Positions 29,370 to 39,101 are shown, counted from the stretch's first letter. The stretch is DNA of 46,829 nt from Bacteroidota bacterium (GCA_024276745.1 JAJRWN010000093.1:1-46829); one strand, 5' to 3'. A program made the numbers and translations. Notes: a model not told the origin generated them from the letters alone.

Positions 29370-31907
29370 TTACCAGTTGATGTATTCTAACGTATCATTA
29401 ACACCTTGATTATCCCAATCAATGCGTTCACTTTCGATATTGTATTGTTTTATTTTTTCACGGATATCACTGGGTCCGTAATAATTGCTATATAATCGTT
29501 GTTTTACCAGTTTTTTATTGGTTTCTATATCCGGATCAATGGCATCGCCCGTCATGCTGACAAACAAGTTGATTAATCCATCCCGTACTTGTTCCGATTC
29601 ATTGATGCTGATTTTGCCAAAATGAAATTTACGGGCAATTACATCAAGCATATTGATTTTGAAATAATAAGCAATTTGATTATCGAAATGATGTTCACCG
29701 CAAAGCAGTAAATTAAGGGCTGTTGAACGAAGAATCATAGACGGTATAATGACCGTACTGTTTTCAATCCGGATCGTATTTTCAATCACGTTGAATTGAA
29801 TATCTTTCAGTTCTTTCACTTTCACAAAAGAAGAAAGTTGTTCGAGTGTTTCGCAATTTCTAAGCCGGCCGTTTTGCAATTTTATATCGGCCAATGCCTT
29901 TAATTTGTCTTGCAATAAATTAAGTGATTTATCAAACCATAAGTCGATATCAAGCCCTGTTTTTAAATCGCCACTCAGCATTTCATCCGTAAGATAATCT
30001 TGCCCAAAATTGTGCAATTGTGTAAATAATTCCGAAACATCCAAGTGTTTGAAATCTCCATGCAAGCGGCCAAGTAACAAACTATCCTCTTTCACCGAAA
30101 ACAATCCATCAATATTTGCCAAACCTTCGGCTACTTTTCCCGTGAGTGGATGAAAAGCAATGCTTCCGGGGATTAATTCCATATTGGTTTTAAGGTTTTC
30201 GGCTTTAAAATCTTCATAACTTAAAGTATTAATATTCACACTGAGAGTTCCATTGAAAAGATAAAAATCAGATAAATAATCAGGTGCTTCAATGGCTTCC
30301 TGATCTAAAGGTTTATCGCTTGCCCCATAATAGGTTAATAGTTTATCAATCTCCAGTTCATCGGTACTCATATTGCCCGTAATATCCATGGCTATATCAC
30401 CTGAGGGAACAAAAAACTGATCCATCCAGCGATCAAGCGTTCCAGTCCAATGAATTTCAGAACCGTTTATTTCGGCACTGATATCCTGGCCATTCAATAT
30501 TGAACCGTCAAGCGTGCAGGAACCACTAAGGTTTTTTATTTTTCTTCCGGCATACAATACATCCACATCATCAAATTGAATATGACCACCTGCCGCTATC
30601 AGTACAGATTTAGAATCAGATTCAGATATATTATCCGGTTTCAGGGTAAAAGCAAGATCCTTGAATTGAATTTGTCCATCGGCCTGATACAAACCGGTTT
30701 CTGCCAGAAAATCTTCAAGTGCATCGAGTTTAATATTGGCATTTACCAGGCCTTTAATCAAGGGATGATTCAGGTTTCTAATATCAAGACTTAAGCTAAA
30801 GGGTTCATCATCGAGCCGGGCTTTCATTTGTTTTATAATGAGTTGCGATGCTGCCGGGCTATGCGATGAACCGTTGTTGAATGACGCTTCAAGTTCAACA
30901 TCTGTAAACTCCTGATCATAGGCATAATTATAAATAGTCGCATTGCTGAGTGCCAGTGTAGCCGATATACGGGGCAAGTGGCCATTAGTGGCAGCCCCTT
31001 TGATGTTTGCCTGCAAGTCGAGCTGTCCTTTACTGTCCCAGGCAGCAATATCGCTGTGAATAGATTCAGGCATCAGGGCCATCACTGATCTTACATTCAG
31101 ATGACTGCCTTTAATACTGATATCAAGCATGTTTTCATGGCCTCTATGTTCTATCGATCCGGCAAACACATACGCTCCATCTTGCATTTCCAACTGAAAT
31201 CTTTCGCTGCTAAACCGATTATTTTTTAAATCGGCCAGTAAATGTCCGCTAAGAATTAGCGATTCATTTTCAAGGTATTTTGTATTGGCCAGTTGCATGC
31301 TCTTCGAACTGATTTTTATATCCGTATTTAAATCAAGATTTTGAGCAGAAAATAATCCGGTTAATAAAGCTTCATCAATGGTAAAATCGGCCAAATCATC
31401 ACTAAGTCTGTCGATATAGCGAATATGCAATGCTTTTATATCGGCTTCATGCAGTTGAAAAGCCAGTTTGTGATTGGTATCGCTTTCGTTTGAAACCATT
31501 GATTTAAAAATATCAAAATTGTTCTCTCCCTGCTTATTGATTAGCATATTCATTTCACTGTCTTCCAGTTTAACTTTATGAATACTAAAATCTTTACGAA
31601 TTAGCTTTAACACATTCATAGTGAACGATAATTTGGCGGCTTTCATCAGCAGACTATCTGAAGATAATGAACCTTCGAGTTCGAGACCTTCGAAGTTTAC
31701 GGTAGCATTTGGGAAATGGCGAAATAGCGAGATATTAACATTACCGGTAATACGAAACTCCGTTTTGATTTGCTTATTCACTTCTTTTTCGACCATCGCT
31801 TTCAGATCATTGCCAAAAAATCGTGTGAGCACGATGCCCGCCAGAAAAATAAGGAGAATTAAAACTCCGAAAATGATAGCAAAATATTTTAATAGTTTTT
31901 TTGTCAT
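29370..31907 (-). CDS. AsmA-family (bridge-like lipid transfer) protein
   Basis: N-terminal TM, SLFRHFP, beta-taco-type repeats, and an AsmA-like C-terminal region (FGQDYLT, LKDIQF, GEHHFDN). Confidence 0.85.
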   Translation of the reverse strand: MTKKLLKYFAIIFGVLILLIFLAGIVLTRFFGNDLKAMVEKEVNKQIKTEFRITGNVNISLFRHFPNATVNFEGLELEGSLSSDSLLMKAAKLSFTMNVLKLIRKDFSIHKVKLEDSEMNMLINKQGENNFDIFKSMVSNESDTNHKLAFQLHEADIKALHIRYIDRLSDDLADFTIDEALLTGLFSAQNLDLNTDIKISSKSMQLANTKYLENESLILSGHLLADLKNNRFSSERFQLEMQDGAYVFAGSIEHRGHENMLDISIKGSHLNVRSVMALMPESIHSDIAAWDSKGQLDLQANIKGAATNGHLPRISATLALSNATIYNYAYDQEFTDVELEASFNNGSSHSPAASQLIIKQMKARLDDEPFSLSLDIRNLNHPLIKGLVNANIKLDALEDFLAETGLYQADGQIQFKDLAFTLKPDNISESDSKSVLIAAGGHIQFDDVDVLYAGRKIKNLSGSCTLDGSILNGQDISAEINGSEIHWTGTLDRWMDQFFVPSGDIAMDITGNMSTDELEIDKLLTYYGASDKPLDQEAIEAPDYLSDFYLFNGTLSVNINTLSYEDFKAENLKTNMELIPGSIAFHPLTGKVAEGLANIDGLFSVKEDSLLLGRLHGDFKHLDVSELFTQLHNFGQDYLTDEMLSGDLKTGLDIDLWFDKSLNLLQDKLKALADIKLQNGRLRNCETLEQLSSFVKVKELKDIQFNVIENTIRIENSTVIIPSMILRSTALNLLLCGEHHFDNQIAYYFKINMLDVIARKFHFGKISINESEQVRDGLINLFVSMTGDAIDPDIETNKKLVKQRLYSNYYGPSDIREKIKQYNIESERIDWDNQGVNDTLEYINW

Positions 31908-32082
31908 GATTTAATGAAATGATGCTAACAAGTAAAAATAGGCTAAGCATTCAGCACTATAAGCGCTTTCACCCACAAGCATGATGTTGAAACGTCTATT
32001 CTATTGGTTTATGGCGGTAAGGAGGAAAAAAGATATCAGGCTGTGCAGCTTGATAAGAGGAAAACACTATTGGTGTAAGAAA

Positions 32083-32117
32083 AAAAGCTTACAATACAAA
32101 TGGTATCGTAAGCTTTT
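32083..32117 (-). terminator. Intrinsic terminator after tRNA-Ala
   Basis: AAAAGCTTAC...GTAAGCTTTT inverted repeat with an A-run on the plus strand (U-tail on minus). Confidence 0.65.
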
Positions 32118-32131
32118 AATCCATAACAAGG

Positions 32132-32205
32132 TGGAGCTAGTGGGAGTCGAACCCACGACCTCTTGACTGCCAGTCAAGCACTCTAGCCAACTGAGCTATA
32201 GCCCC
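32132..32205 (-). tRNA. tRNA-Ala(GGC)
   Basis: Reverse complement GGGGCTATAGCTCAGTTGGCTAGAGTG CTTGA-CT GGC AG-TCAAG AGGTCGTGGGTTCGACTCCCACTAGCTCCA; G3:U70 Ala identity pair; followed by CCT, so CCA is not fully encoded. Confidence 0.97.
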
Positions 32206-32215
32206 ATACATTTCA

Positions 32216-32272
32216 GGGCTATGGCGAAGTGCCTGTCCCGGTGAAAACATATCATCGGGAAGCTATAGCCCC
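32216..32272 (-). repeat. tRNA-Ala 5'-end duplicate fused to a TCCCGATGA...TCACCGGGA palindrome (nested hairpin)
   Basis: GGGGCTATAGCT (12 nt identical to the tRNA-Ala 5' end), then a 9-bp inverted repeat with 1 mismatch, closed by GCCATAGCCC. Confidence 0.8.
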
Positions 32273-32284
32273 AAAAACAGGGAG

Positions 32285-32292
32285 CAAAGATA
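32285..32292 (-). promoter_or_regulatory. -7 element (TATCTTTG) for the tRNA-Ala unit
   Basis: Plus-strand CAAAGATA about 13 nt upstream of the duplicated 5' end. Confidence 0.7.
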
Positions 32293-32381
32293 AAATTTTT
32301 TAAAACTTTTCCGGTCTATCATGAGGTATTATTCATGCGCTTGCAAGCCGGCAAGGAAAAGATGCATGCAGGAAGAAGAGA

Positions 32382-33563
32382 TTAGCGGTTTTGACTTTCA
32401 GAATGCCAGGCTTTTTGTCCGTTCCTGATGGCTTGAATGGAGGCAGAATCGTTAAAAATTTGCCAGTTAAGGCTTTTATAGGTTGTAGTTTGGTCATCGG
32501 ATGAATGAAAAAACATAATACCTTTAATGTCAGGATATATATCGGGCAAACTATCGAGGGCAGCACTAAACCATTGACTACGTTCGCCCCCCACGGCAAG
32601 ACTGGCAAATTCAGATAATATGATTGGTTTACGAAACGATGCCAAATCCTCGTAGTATTTTCCAAATATGGAAGCAAAGCTCGACCATTGGGACCAGGAA
32701 GCCACGTTACCGTAGTTTAATACCGGAATACCAATCCAATCCACATAATCATCACCGGGATAATAAGTAGCAAATTGGCCATAGGCCGGATGAGGCGACC
32801 AAACCCAAATCACATTATCGGCACCAATCAATCGAAAGCGTTCTACAACATGACGCCAGGCATCAATATAGCTTTGCGGGTCATTATTTTGCGGTCCCCA
32901 GGGATAGCGGTAAGGGTCGTTCATTTCGTGTCCGAAGCGAACAAAAACCGGAATATCTATTTTTTTTGCTTTAGCCGCCCATTCGTCAATATAGCTATCG
33001 TACATACCCTTGGCAATGGAATCCAAACCATGAATATCGCGTTGATCAATGGAAGGGATACCGGGGATATCATCGTTTGAAAAATCGGATAACCAGGGTT
33101 CCCAGGTGATAAAAGGTATAGAGCCTAAATTATAAATAGCTCTTACCATTCTGCGTGGAAATTCTTCATTTGTTTTGCTTCCCCAGGCGCTGTAAAAATG
33201 CATTAAGGGGAAAGGAATTTCTATGGAATCTTCAAGATCCAATAATTTGCGAAAGCTTTCGTCCATAGTATTATCAAAAGCCCCCCAAAGCATGGTATCT
33301 GGATTGCGCAGCAAAGCAACATTATGTCGATAAGGCTGAAACCAATTTAGTTTATCGCTTCTCAATTTCTTCCTTACTTTTATGGCCATATTATTTTCGA
33401 TGGTATTAATTTGATCGCCAAGGCCACTGAATAAATCTTCAAGCGGGCCTTTAGATTGGTTTCCGGTAAAGGTTAACAAAAACACCAGCAAGACGCCAAG
33501 AGCAAGAGCACTTAATAGTATTGCAATTCTGACAGCTGAATATTTGATACGGGATCCAATCAT
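32382..33563 (-). CDS. Membrane-anchored glycoside hydrolase family 26
   Basis: N-terminal TM; ITWEPW, RFGHEMN (acid/base Glu), WVWSP, YYPGDDYVDWIG and IILSEFA (nucleophile Glu). Confidence 0.9.
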   Translation of the reverse strand: MIGSRIKYSAVRIAILLSALALGVLLVFLLTFTGNQSKGPLEDLFSGLGDQINTIENNMAIKVRKKLRSDKLNWFQPYRHNVALLRNPDTMLWGAFDNTMDESFRKLLDLEDSIEIPFPLMHFYSAWGSKTNEEFPRRMVRAIYNLGSIPFITWEPWLSDFSNDDIPGIPSIDQRDIHGLDSIAKGMYDSYIDEWAAKAKKIDIPVFVRFGHEMNDPYRYPWGPQNNDPQSYIDAWRHVVERFRLIGADNVIWVWSPHPAYGQFATYYPGDDYVDWIGIPVLNYGNVASWSQWSSFASIFGKYYEDLASFRKPIILSEFASLAVGGERSQWFSAALDSLPDIYPDIKGIMFFHSSDDQTTTYKSLNWQIFNDSASIQAIRNGQKAWHSESQNR

Positions 33564-33585
33564 ATTCCTATTTTTTCCGGATATA

Positions 33586-33593
33586 CAAAGGTA
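33586..33593 (-). promoter_or_regulatory. Possible internal -7 element (TACCTTTG) ahead of the GH26 gene
   Basis: Exact TAnnTTTG in the 37-nt GT2-GH26 gap. Confidence 0.45.
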
Positions 33594-33600
33594 TATATAA

Positions 33601-35184
33601 TCATAAATCGTTTACATTTATTTTTTGCCAGGGTTCAGCGGCATCCAGGCGGCTCGATTCGAAAGCAGCAAACAAAGCCCCCACAGCCATCACAAAAGCA
33701 ATGCTAGCAAAACCAATCATCCCCCAGGTTTGTTCGCTAGTCAGTGATAAAACCGATTCGGGGGTATAAAACAAGCGATAAATAACCACGAAACAAACCG
33801 TAATTAAAAAAATCAGTATATGCAGCATCATCGGCCGGGCAAAAGGACTTAGACCGCGGGCTGCTTTTTTTGCCGTAGGTATATAAGGAATTTTTTTATT
33901 AATCAAGGATAATAAGAATCCAAGCAAATAAACCGGCCAATTGGCAAATTTCAATATCATACCGCGCCAGTGCAATCCTTTTTCAGTAGCGGGGTCGCAC
34001 ATCCATCGCTGAACAAAAAGGTAAATAGCAGTACCAAAACCGGCCAGTGGTAACCAACGGATCAGAAAATTGACCAAATACATATTGGCAGGCAAAACAT
34101 TAAACCAGAAAAATAAAAATGGAATAATAAGAAAAGTAAATAAACTCAGTCCGTTTATATAATAGGTTCCGATAGCGATATAAGATAATTTTTGCCAAAA
34201 ACTAAGGGTAGAAAATAAAGCAGGAACTTCGGCAAACAAAACCTCATGAACCCCTCTGGACCATTTCAGTTGCTGTTTGCAGAAAGACCCAAAATCTTCG
34301 GGCACCAAACCACGGCTTACGATAACCGGATTATACACCGTTTTCCATTTTTTTCCGTGAATACGGATAGCTGTTACCAGATCTTCGGCCAAACCAATAC
34401 CGTGGCCTCCAATGCTTTCAAGGGCTTTTCGCCTGAAAGTACAATTGGCACCAATAGCAACAGCAGCATTAAAACCATGCATACCCATTTGAGTAGGTCC
34501 GTAAAAAGTATAGGTTTGCTCAGCGGCAGCACGTGCCGTAAACGAACGGTACTGATTATAATAAGCTTGTGAGACCTGCACATAGCCCACGTTTTCATCT
34601 TTAAAATAGCCCAATGTATGATGGAGAAATTCAGGAAAAGGAATATGATCAGGATCCAGGATAAGAATAAAATCTTCTGATGTTATTTTTAAAGCTGCAT
34701 TTACTTTACCGGCTTTGGCACCCGGCAAACCGACCAATTCGAGCCAAACGGCTCCGTGTTTTTCGGCTACTTTTCTAAAGCGTTCATCTTCGGTATCATC
34801 GAGCAAATAAGTAGTATGCGGATATTGTATATTAGCACAGGCTTCGAGGGTCTTTTCAAACATCGACAGTGGCTCACCGGGCGAACTGGTTGTAAATATG
34901 GCAACACTCATACCTTCGGGAGCCGGTATGGCTTTGGGTTTGCTGATACGCAAATAGCCGATCCAACTAATCAGCATGCGTAAGATTCCCCACCAAAAGA
35001 TTAGCGTTAATAAAATATACAATATCAAATTGTTTACATGCTCTTCTCTGAACCACCAATCGGCCAGGTTTATCATACTGAGAAAACCGGCAATCATCAA
35101 GGTAAGCAGTATAAATTTATCGCGAAAACGGGGTGCTTTAGCTTCCTTAAATGTCCATAAACCGCCTGCTCTTCGTTTGTTCAT
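33601..35184 (-). CDS. Processive GT2 glycosyltransferase, cellulose-synthase (BcsA)-like, no PilZ
   Basis: LLDD, GAKAGKVN, DPDHIP, VQVSQ, LAED, QQLKW and gating-loop-like YIPTAK motifs; two N-terminal and several C-terminal TMs. Confidence 0.9.
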   Translation of the reverse strand: MNKRRAGGLWTFKEAKAPRFRDKFILLTLMIAGFLSMINLADWWFREEHVNNLILYILLTLIFWWGILRMLISWIGYLRISKPKAIPAPEGMSVAIFTTSSPGEPLSMFEKTLEACANIQYPHTTYLLDDTEDERFRKVAEKHGAVWLELVGLPGAKAGKVNAALKITSEDFILILDPDHIPFPEFLHHTLGYFKDENVGYVQVSQAYYNQYRSFTARAAAEQTYTFYGPTQMGMHGFNAAVAIGANCTFRRKALESIGGHGIGLAEDLVTAIRIHGKKWKTVYNPVIVSRGLVPEDFGSFCKQQLKWSRGVHEVLFAEVPALFSTLSFWQKLSYIAIGTYYINGLSLFTFLIIPFLFFWFNVLPANMYLVNFLIRWLPLAGFGTAIYLFVQRWMCDPATEKGLHWRGMILKFANWPVYLLGFLLSLINKKIPYIPTAKKAARGLSPFARPMMLHILIFLITVCFVVIYRLFYTPESVLSLTSEQTWGMIGFASIAFVMAVGALFAAFESSRLDAAEPWQKINVNDL

Positions 35185-36698
35185 TTGATCAACCGGTATT
35201 TTAATTGTATTCCGGCCCGGTTTCCAGTATAATAATGATTTAATTCGTAGCGATACCAGGCATGCAACTGCACAACATCATTAATATAATACGAAACATT
35301 TGCCCTGATATCGTAAGTTTTAAAACGATTTAGTGCCCAATTGGTTTGCAGCAACCATGTTCCGTTCTGGCTTGCTGAAAAGTATAACGCAGGATATTGG
35401 GATAAGGCAAACAATCCGGCATTTACTTTTACAGCAAATTCCCATTGCTCAACAGGTTTATAAGCTATATTCAGCAATAAGGAATGAATCTGCTGCCTGA
35501 AAGGAGTAAAATACGGATAATAATATCCGGCAGGATAGGCATTGGCAGCCGTATCTTTCAATAATTCGGACACCGGTAATACGGATACAAAGCGACCGGC
35601 TGCAGCATGACTATAGTTGGCTCCATAACCGGCCCGTATTTTCCATCTTGACGATTGAATCAATGGCCATAAACCCCAGGCATAATAGGATTGAACCTGA
35701 TTTTGATCTTCAAAGAAATCGCCTTGATAGCCCAACGAAAACCAAAAATGCCCGGGACGATACCACTTTAGCGAGCCATGCAAATAATAGCGCATAGTCA
35801 AGGTATCCAAAGCACTGAGATTATCCATATAAACCGAGCGTCCAAATGATGCCGATAAAACTAATTGTTTAAATAAGTTTCTATCGGCCGATAAACCATA
35901 AATTATTTTTGAACCCGAACCATTTTTATTTTGAAAATGATAAATACCTAACCAAGGTATTGTTCCAAGCCTGATTTTATTCCACCGGATAACATTCGAA
36001 ACCACTGCAGAGTAATGTCCAAAACAGGTAGTACCGGAGCCGGGTTGATCGAATTGCAAGCTTAAGTGAGGAGCCAGTAATGAAGATTTTCTTATTCCTC
36101 CTTCCATCTGCACGGTTTTTATACTATATGGTTGATTGTCGGCCTGCCATGAACCCGATAAGGAGAAATTTGCAGCAGAAGCCAAGTTTATTTCATGGAG
36201 CAGTTTTATTGCATTTTCATCGTCAGGATATGACAAAAGAAGTTTTTGCAAAATAATATTGGCTTTAACCATATTGCCCATCCAGTAGTTATTTTTTGCT
36301 TTGAGATAGAGCAATTCGATTTCAAGCGAATCGTTAATCAATAAACTGTCAATCAGCATTTCCGCTTCGTTGAGCTTTCCTGTATTTTGTAAAAAACGGG
36401 TATAATCTATGCTTAATTCACGCAGGTCAGGTTTAAGATGAATGGCTTTTTTAAAACTATTACGGGCAAATGCTGTTTTATTCAAAGCATAATTAACCTG
36501 TGCATACTTCCACCAGGCATAAACATCATCAGGATGAGCATCTAGATATCCGATGAGTAAAGTATTAGCCTCTTTAAGATGATTTTGTTGCCTCAGGCCA
36601 TTAACTTGCACCAGGGTATCGGGCGATTCATTGGTTTGTGCAAACAAAAATATATGAGCGGTAAGAAGAGTGGAAAACAGCAGGAGATATCTCAACAT
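35181..36698 (-). CDS. TPR plus outer-membrane beta-barrel protein (BcsC/PgaA-like export porin candidate)
   Basis: Signal peptide, about four TPR-like helical repeats, then aromatic amphipathic strands with YYYPYFTP; ends AGIQLKYRLIK; 4-nt overlap with the GT2 gene. Confidence 0.75.
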   Translation of the reverse strand: MLRYLLLFSTLLTAHIFLFAQTNESPDTLVQVNGLRQQNHLKEANTLLIGYLDAHPDDVYAWWKYAQVNYALNKTAFARNSFKKAIHLKPDLRELSIDYTRFLQNTGKLNEAEMLIDSLLINDSLEIELLYLKAKNNYWMGNMVKANIILQKLLLSYPDDENAIKLLHEINLASAANFSLSGSWQADNQPYSIKTVQMEGGIRKSSLLAPHLSLQFDQPGSGTTCFGHYSAVVSNVIRWNKIRLGTIPWLGIYHFQNKNGSGSKIIYGLSADRNLFKQLVLSASFGRSVYMDNLSALDTLTMRYYLHGSLKWYRPGHFWFSLGYQGDFFEDQNQVQSYYAWGLWPLIQSSRWKIRAGYGANYSHAAAGRFVSVLPVSELLKDTAANAYPAGYYYPYFTPFRQQIHSLLLNIAYKPVEQWEFAVKVNAGLFALSQYPALYFSASQNGTWLLQTNWALNRFKTYDIRANVSYYINDVVQLHAWYRYELNHYYTGNRAGIQLKYRLIK

Positions 36699-36726
36699 TA
36701 TATTTGTTCAGCATCATTAAGTGCTG

Positions 36727-36734
36727 CAAAAATA
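36727..36734 (-). promoter_or_regulatory. -7 element (TATTTTTG) for the TPR-GT2-GH26 cluster
   Basis: Plus-strand CAAAAATA about 29 nt upstream of the ATG. Confidence 0.55.
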
Positions 36735-36812
36735 ATCAGTATCTGATTTGAAAACAATCTGATGGCAGAAAAAGATTTTTGTTCAGATACACGTGTCAAA
36801 ATAAAATAAGTT

Positions 36813-37913
36813 TTATTCCTTATAAGATTGGGACACATTAAGTTGTTCGATTAAGGATGCAGCTCTTTCAGAAGCACCTGGTTTTCCCAGTTTTATACGC
36901 AGCGATTCATATTTTTTAAATATTTGTTTTCGCTTGTCATCATTCAACAAAAGTTTAAGCTCTTCAAGCATATTATCAACTGTCATTTCCTTTTGAATGA
37001 ATTCGCATAAAACAGCTTCATTCATCACCAGATTGACCAAAGAGATATAATTTACTTTTACCAGTCTTTTACCAATTAAGTAAGAGATTAAACTGCCTTT
37101 ATAGCAAACCAATTGGGGAACATTCAACAAAGCTGCTTCGAGGGTAGCTGTACCGGAAGCGACCAAAGCAGCTTTTGATTTTTTTAATATTTGAATGCTA
37201 TCGTCAAAAACAATATGCAGATTAGGCTTGTTTGAAAAACGGGCATAATATTCAGTGCCGATATGCTTCATAGCGGCAATCACAAAAGATTGTTCCGGAA
37301 CACGGCCGGCTACTTCAGCCATTAAAGGTAAATGTCGTTTAATTTCCTGCTTACGGCTACCGGGCAACAAAGCTATGATATTGCGGTTTTGATGCTCTGA
37401 TGTGTTCGAAAAAGCCGGGTCATCAAGCAGCGGATGTCCCACATAATGAGCTTCGATATTAAATTTTTTATAAAACGCTACTTCAAAAGGCAGAATGCAC
37501 AGCATTAAATCTACATCACGCTTAATATTTTTTACTCTTGATTGATGCCATGCCCATAATTGCGGAGAAATATACCAAACTACTTTGAAACCTTGTTGAT
37601 GTGCCCATTTTGCAATTTTCAGATTAAATCCGGGATAGTCAACCAGAATCAAAATATCAGTATGTTCTGTAAGAATATCATGTTTGCATTGTTTTAAAGC
37701 TTTCAAGATAGCAGGCAGGTTTTTAGCCACTTCCCAAAAACCCATAAAAGCAAGGTCTTGATAATGATGCAATAGTTTAGCCCCGGCCTTTTGCATTTTA
37801 TCGCCTCCCCAGCAAATAAAATTTGCATGTTTATCATGCTGCATTAAGGCTTTCATTAAGCGGGCCGCATGCAAATCACCGGAAGCTTCACCGGCCAGCA
37901 AGAAATAATTCAT
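36813..37913 (-). CDS. lpxB: Lipid-A-disaccharide synthase
   Basis: AGEASGD, VDYPGFN, YISPQLWAW, VGHPL, LPGSR and SGTATLE motifs. Confidence 0.97.
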   Translation of the reverse strand: MNYFLLAGEASGDLHAARLMKALMQHDKHANFICWGGDKMQKAGAKLLHHYQDLAFMGFWEVAKNLPAILKALKQCKHDILTEHTDILILVDYPGFNLKIAKWAHQQGFKVVWYISPQLWAWHQSRVKNIKRDVDLMLCILPFEVAFYKKFNIEAHYVGHPLLDDPAFSNTSEHQNRNIIALLPGSRKQEIKRHLPLMAEVAGRVPEQSFVIAAMKHIGTEYYARFSNKPNLHIVFDDSIQILKKSKAALVASGTATLEAALLNVPQLVCYKGSLISYLIGKRLVKVNYISLVNLVMNEAVLCEFIQKEMTVDNMLEELKLLLNDDKRKQIFKKYESLRIKLGKPGASERAASLIEQLNVSQSYKE

Positions 37914-38236
37914 AAAACAAATTTAATAAGCACAAAAGGAATGATGAAGAATACAGTAGCGAGCAAAACCCCACGTGCCGAACGCAACCAATCCAGTTTT
38001 ATAAAAAGAAAAAACAAGGCAATATTCAGTAAACTGCCTATGGTCAGCACCTGTATCAGCAAATGATGATGATAAGAATATTGAAGAAATCCCACTAAGC
38101 TCAACGGGTGATCGACACCGGTATAGTGCGCCTCATTGAGATAATAGAGGTAATACAAACAACTACCGATAAAAGGTCCGATAAAACCGCTTAGCAAGCC
38201 AAGCCACCGGGTATTTTTGAAGTTAATCTTGTTCAT
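37910..38236 (-). CDS. Small membrane protein (3 TM)
   Basis: Hydrophobic ORF overlapping both surE and lpxB; ARGVLLAT motif. Confidence 0.75.
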   Translation of the reverse strand: MNKINFKNTRWLGLLSGFIGPFIGSCLYYLYYLNEAHYTGVDHPLSLVGFLQYSYHHHLLIQVLTIGSLLNIALFFLFIKLDWLRSARGVLLATVFFIIPFVLIKFVL

Positions 38237-38999
38237 GTAAATGCCATTTGTTTTTCAAAAATTCAATCGCTTTATGTGCGGTAAAATCAAATTGTACCGG
38301 CACTACGGACACAAATCCATTGGCCAGGGCCCATTCATCGCTATCATGCCCCAGATCATGATTTTCAAATTTTCCGGTAAGCCAATAATATTTCCTGCCA
38401 CGAGGATCGGTTCTTTCATCAAATTCTTCTTCCCATTTGGCAACAGCCTGCCGGCATATTCTCATACCTTTTATACCGGATTCGGGTAAAGCCGGGATAT
38501 TTACATTAAGCAGAACATCATCGGGAATACCCTCTGATAATATTTTTTCAGCAATTAAGCGGCTATATTTTTTAGCAACAGTCATATTGCCCGAGAAAGA
38601 ATAATCAAGCAAAGAAAAACCGGCTGCGGGGATACCTTCAATAGCTGCCTCCATAGCAGCAGACATGGTACCCGAATAGATGACATTGATGGAAGAGTTA
38701 GAACCGTGATTAATGCCCGAAACACAGAGGTCAGGCTTTTTTCCAATAATTTTATCTACCGCCAGTTTCACACAATCCACCGGAGTACCACTGCACTGAA
38801 ACGCTTCCACATCACCAAATTCGTCAACTGCTTCAAGCCTCAAAGGGTCGCCAATGGTAATGGCATGCCCCATAGCCGACATGGGCCTGTCCGGTGCAAC
38901 TACTACAATATTTCCCAAAGATTTAAGAGCATCGACCAATGCATGAATACCCGGAGCGGTTACTCCATCATCATTGGTTACAAGAATAGTCGGCTTCAT
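38223..38999 (-). CDS. surE: 5'/3'-nucleotidase SurE (start revised to MKPTIL at 38999)
   Basis: ILVTNDDG, GTPVDCVK, SGINHG and YSGT motifs; the ORF-track TTG at 39023 lies inside a TAAATTTG -7 element. Confidence 0.96.
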   Translation of the reverse strand: MKPTILVTNDDGVTAPGIHALVDALKSLGNIVVVAPDRPMSAMGHAITIGDPLRLEAVDEFGDVEAFQCSGTPVDCVKLAVDKIIGKKPDLCVSGINHGSNSSINVIYSGTMSAAMEAAIEGIPAAGFSLLDYSFSGNMTVAKKYSRLIAEKILSEGIPDDVLLNVNIPALPESGIKGMRICRQAVAKWEEEFDERTDPRGRKYYWLTGKFENHDLGHDSDEWALANGFVSVVPVQFDFTAHKAIEFLKNKWHLHEQD

Positions 39000-39101
39000 G
39001 ATAAACAATTTGATAAACAGCAAATTTAGAATTATTCAAACGATTTAATTTATTCATAAGATGCCTTAAATTCTCTACTTTTGATTTAAATATATAGATA
39101 T

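Noticed and set aside
31981-32166. 61-aa plus-strand ORF
   Set aside because: Antisense to tRNA-Ala and its terminator; a shadow ORF.
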